Below, in pieces: positions 63,001 through 64,000 of a stretch of 64,000 nt of DNA. Numbering within the stretch: position 1 is the stretch's first letter; each line of letters starts with the position of its first letter. The position numbers and the translations under genes were made by a program. Below the pieces are notes generated by a model, which saw nothing but the letters and a program-made list of their open reading frames with translations, did not search any database and had not been told where the DNA came from. The DNA lies in the IMG/VR virus record IMGVR_UViG_3300025536_000010, positions 1 through 64,000 of that record; one strand, 5' to 3'.

Positions 63001-64000
63001 ATGCGCTGGGAAGAGATCCCGCTGGTCACGGATGACTGGGCCGTCAAAGTCGCTGCCCCGGCGTACGACATCCGTTGTGCCGTGGCCGGTGTCTACACGG
63101 CAGTTCCTATCGGTGTCTACTACCACCCGGGCCTGGAAAAAGCCGCGCTGTTCCCGCAAGGGACCGACGCTGCCGACCAGGCCCGGGTGCTCGCTGCGAC
63201 TGAGCGCGCGGTTGGACCCTCCGGGGTCCGACCGCTTTTTCTTACCTATCAGGAGGTGGGGGCTCCCGAAACCCAGTGGGTCAAGGTCGCCTACTCGCCC
63301 ACGCTGCGACGTCTCGGCGAGGCCACAAACTTCTTCCCCGGGCAGTACCCAGGCGGGCTGCCCAACCACCCGTCGCCGGTCGCGGCCATGCTGACGTCCG
63401 GCCTGGTCGGGGCGGGCCTCGGCTGGGGCGGCGGCAAGCTCCTCAACAAGTTGCTGCCCGAGCGCTTCGGGGACAACCTGGGGCGGACGGGCCTGATCCT
63501 CGGCGGCTTGCTGGGGGCTGCCCCCGGCGCCGCGTGGGGCGGTGTCAACACGCTGACCGGCAACCGCTTTAACGACTCCTCCCTCACGCAGGGCGACCCA
63601 CTCCAGGCAGACCTGCTGTTTCCGCGAGCGATGGACGGCTCCAACGCCGTACCGCCGGCGCAGGGGGCCGCGCCGCTTGAAGGGATCAAGGACTTCGTCA
63701 CCACGCAGCGCAGCGTGAACCCCAAGAAGCTGCTCAAATTCTCCGAGGATCTGGAGGCCGTACCGTTGGGCAAACGCTACCAGGCGGCCGTCGACCTGGT
63801 CAAAGAAGCCTTCGGGGACTCTTTCGGCGCGGAACCGGACGACCTGGGACCGACGCCGCTGGACGTCAACGTGAACAGCCTGGGGCAGACGCTTTGGCAG
63901 GCTGGAGCTACGCCGCGTCTGGCAGCCTCCACGATGGGCGCCATGTTCGCCGCTCAGCAGTTCCCCGACGCGCGGGCGCAGCCTGGTCTAGTGACGGCTC
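63001..64000 (+). CDS. Putative virion protein, 3' truncated by window edge
   Basis: RBS AGGAGG; hand translation MRWEEIPLVTDDWAVKVAA... is open to base 64000; glycine-zipper segments and K-x-A motifs. Absent from the ORF track because it has no stop. Confidence 0.75.
   Translation, partial: MRWEEIPLVTDDWAVKVAAPAYDIRCAVAGVYTAVPIGVYYHPGLEKAALFPQGTDAADQARVLAATERAVGPSGVRPLFLTYQEVGAPETQWVKVAYSPTLRRLGEATNFFPGQYPGGLPNHPSPVAAMLTSGLVGAGLGWGGGKLLNKLLPERFGDNLGRTGLILGGLLGAAPGAAWGGVNTLTGNRFNDSSLTQGDPLQADLLFPRAMDGSNAVPPAQGAAPLEGIKDFVTTQRSVNPKKLLKFSEDLEAVPLGKRYQAAVDLVKEAFGDSFGAEPDDLGPTPLDVNVNSLGQTLWQAGATPRLAASTMGAMFAAQQFPDARAQPGLVTA

Noticed and set aside
1-64000. CRISPR array, tRNA, rRNA
   Set aside because: No regularly spaced direct repeats with unique spacers, no complete cloverleaf with T-arm, and no rRNA-like sequence seen.
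1-64000. Stop-codon reassignment as in some large phages
   Set aside because: TAG, TGA and TAA all end genes cleanly (e.g. TAG at 10576 and 24744, TGA at 3077), and known enzymes are full length in code 11.

Overview
High-GC (roughly 65%), gene-dense window. All credible genes lie on the + strand except one (csrA). Genes are tightly coupled, with Shine-Dalgarno sites, sigma70-like promoters and intrinsic terminators, and read correctly in code 11. The content fits part of a very large (jumbo/huge) bacteriophage genome, not a cellular chromosome. It includes a portal-like gene at the left edge, giant Gly/Ala-rich virion-like proteins, a tubulin/FtsZ-family GTPase, GroES, class II ribonucleotide reductase and endonuclease VII/HNH nucleases. 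It also holds a Tad1-like sponge, a 2H phosphoesterase, a metacaspase, a MYG1 nuclease and dozens of orphans. A Planctomycetota-like host is a weak inference only. Standout observations: (1) a phage csrA together with GGA-in-loop hairpins and several large structured intergenic RNAs; (2) an AT-rich quasi-palindrome (AAAAGCCnnTTTT) recurring about every 2-9 kb in both orientations, inside and between genes; (3) four consecutive de novo pyrimidine enzymes (pyrC, pyrD, pyrE, pyrF), scattered; (4) about 17 glycan-building or glycan-decorating genes (glycosyl-, methyl-, sulfo- and nucleotidyltransferases); (5) K-x-A motifs at domain boundaries of virion-like proteins and two enzymes, suggesting proteolytic processing. 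No CRISPR array, tRNA or rRNA was found. All family calls come from motif recognition by eye; no database search was run.
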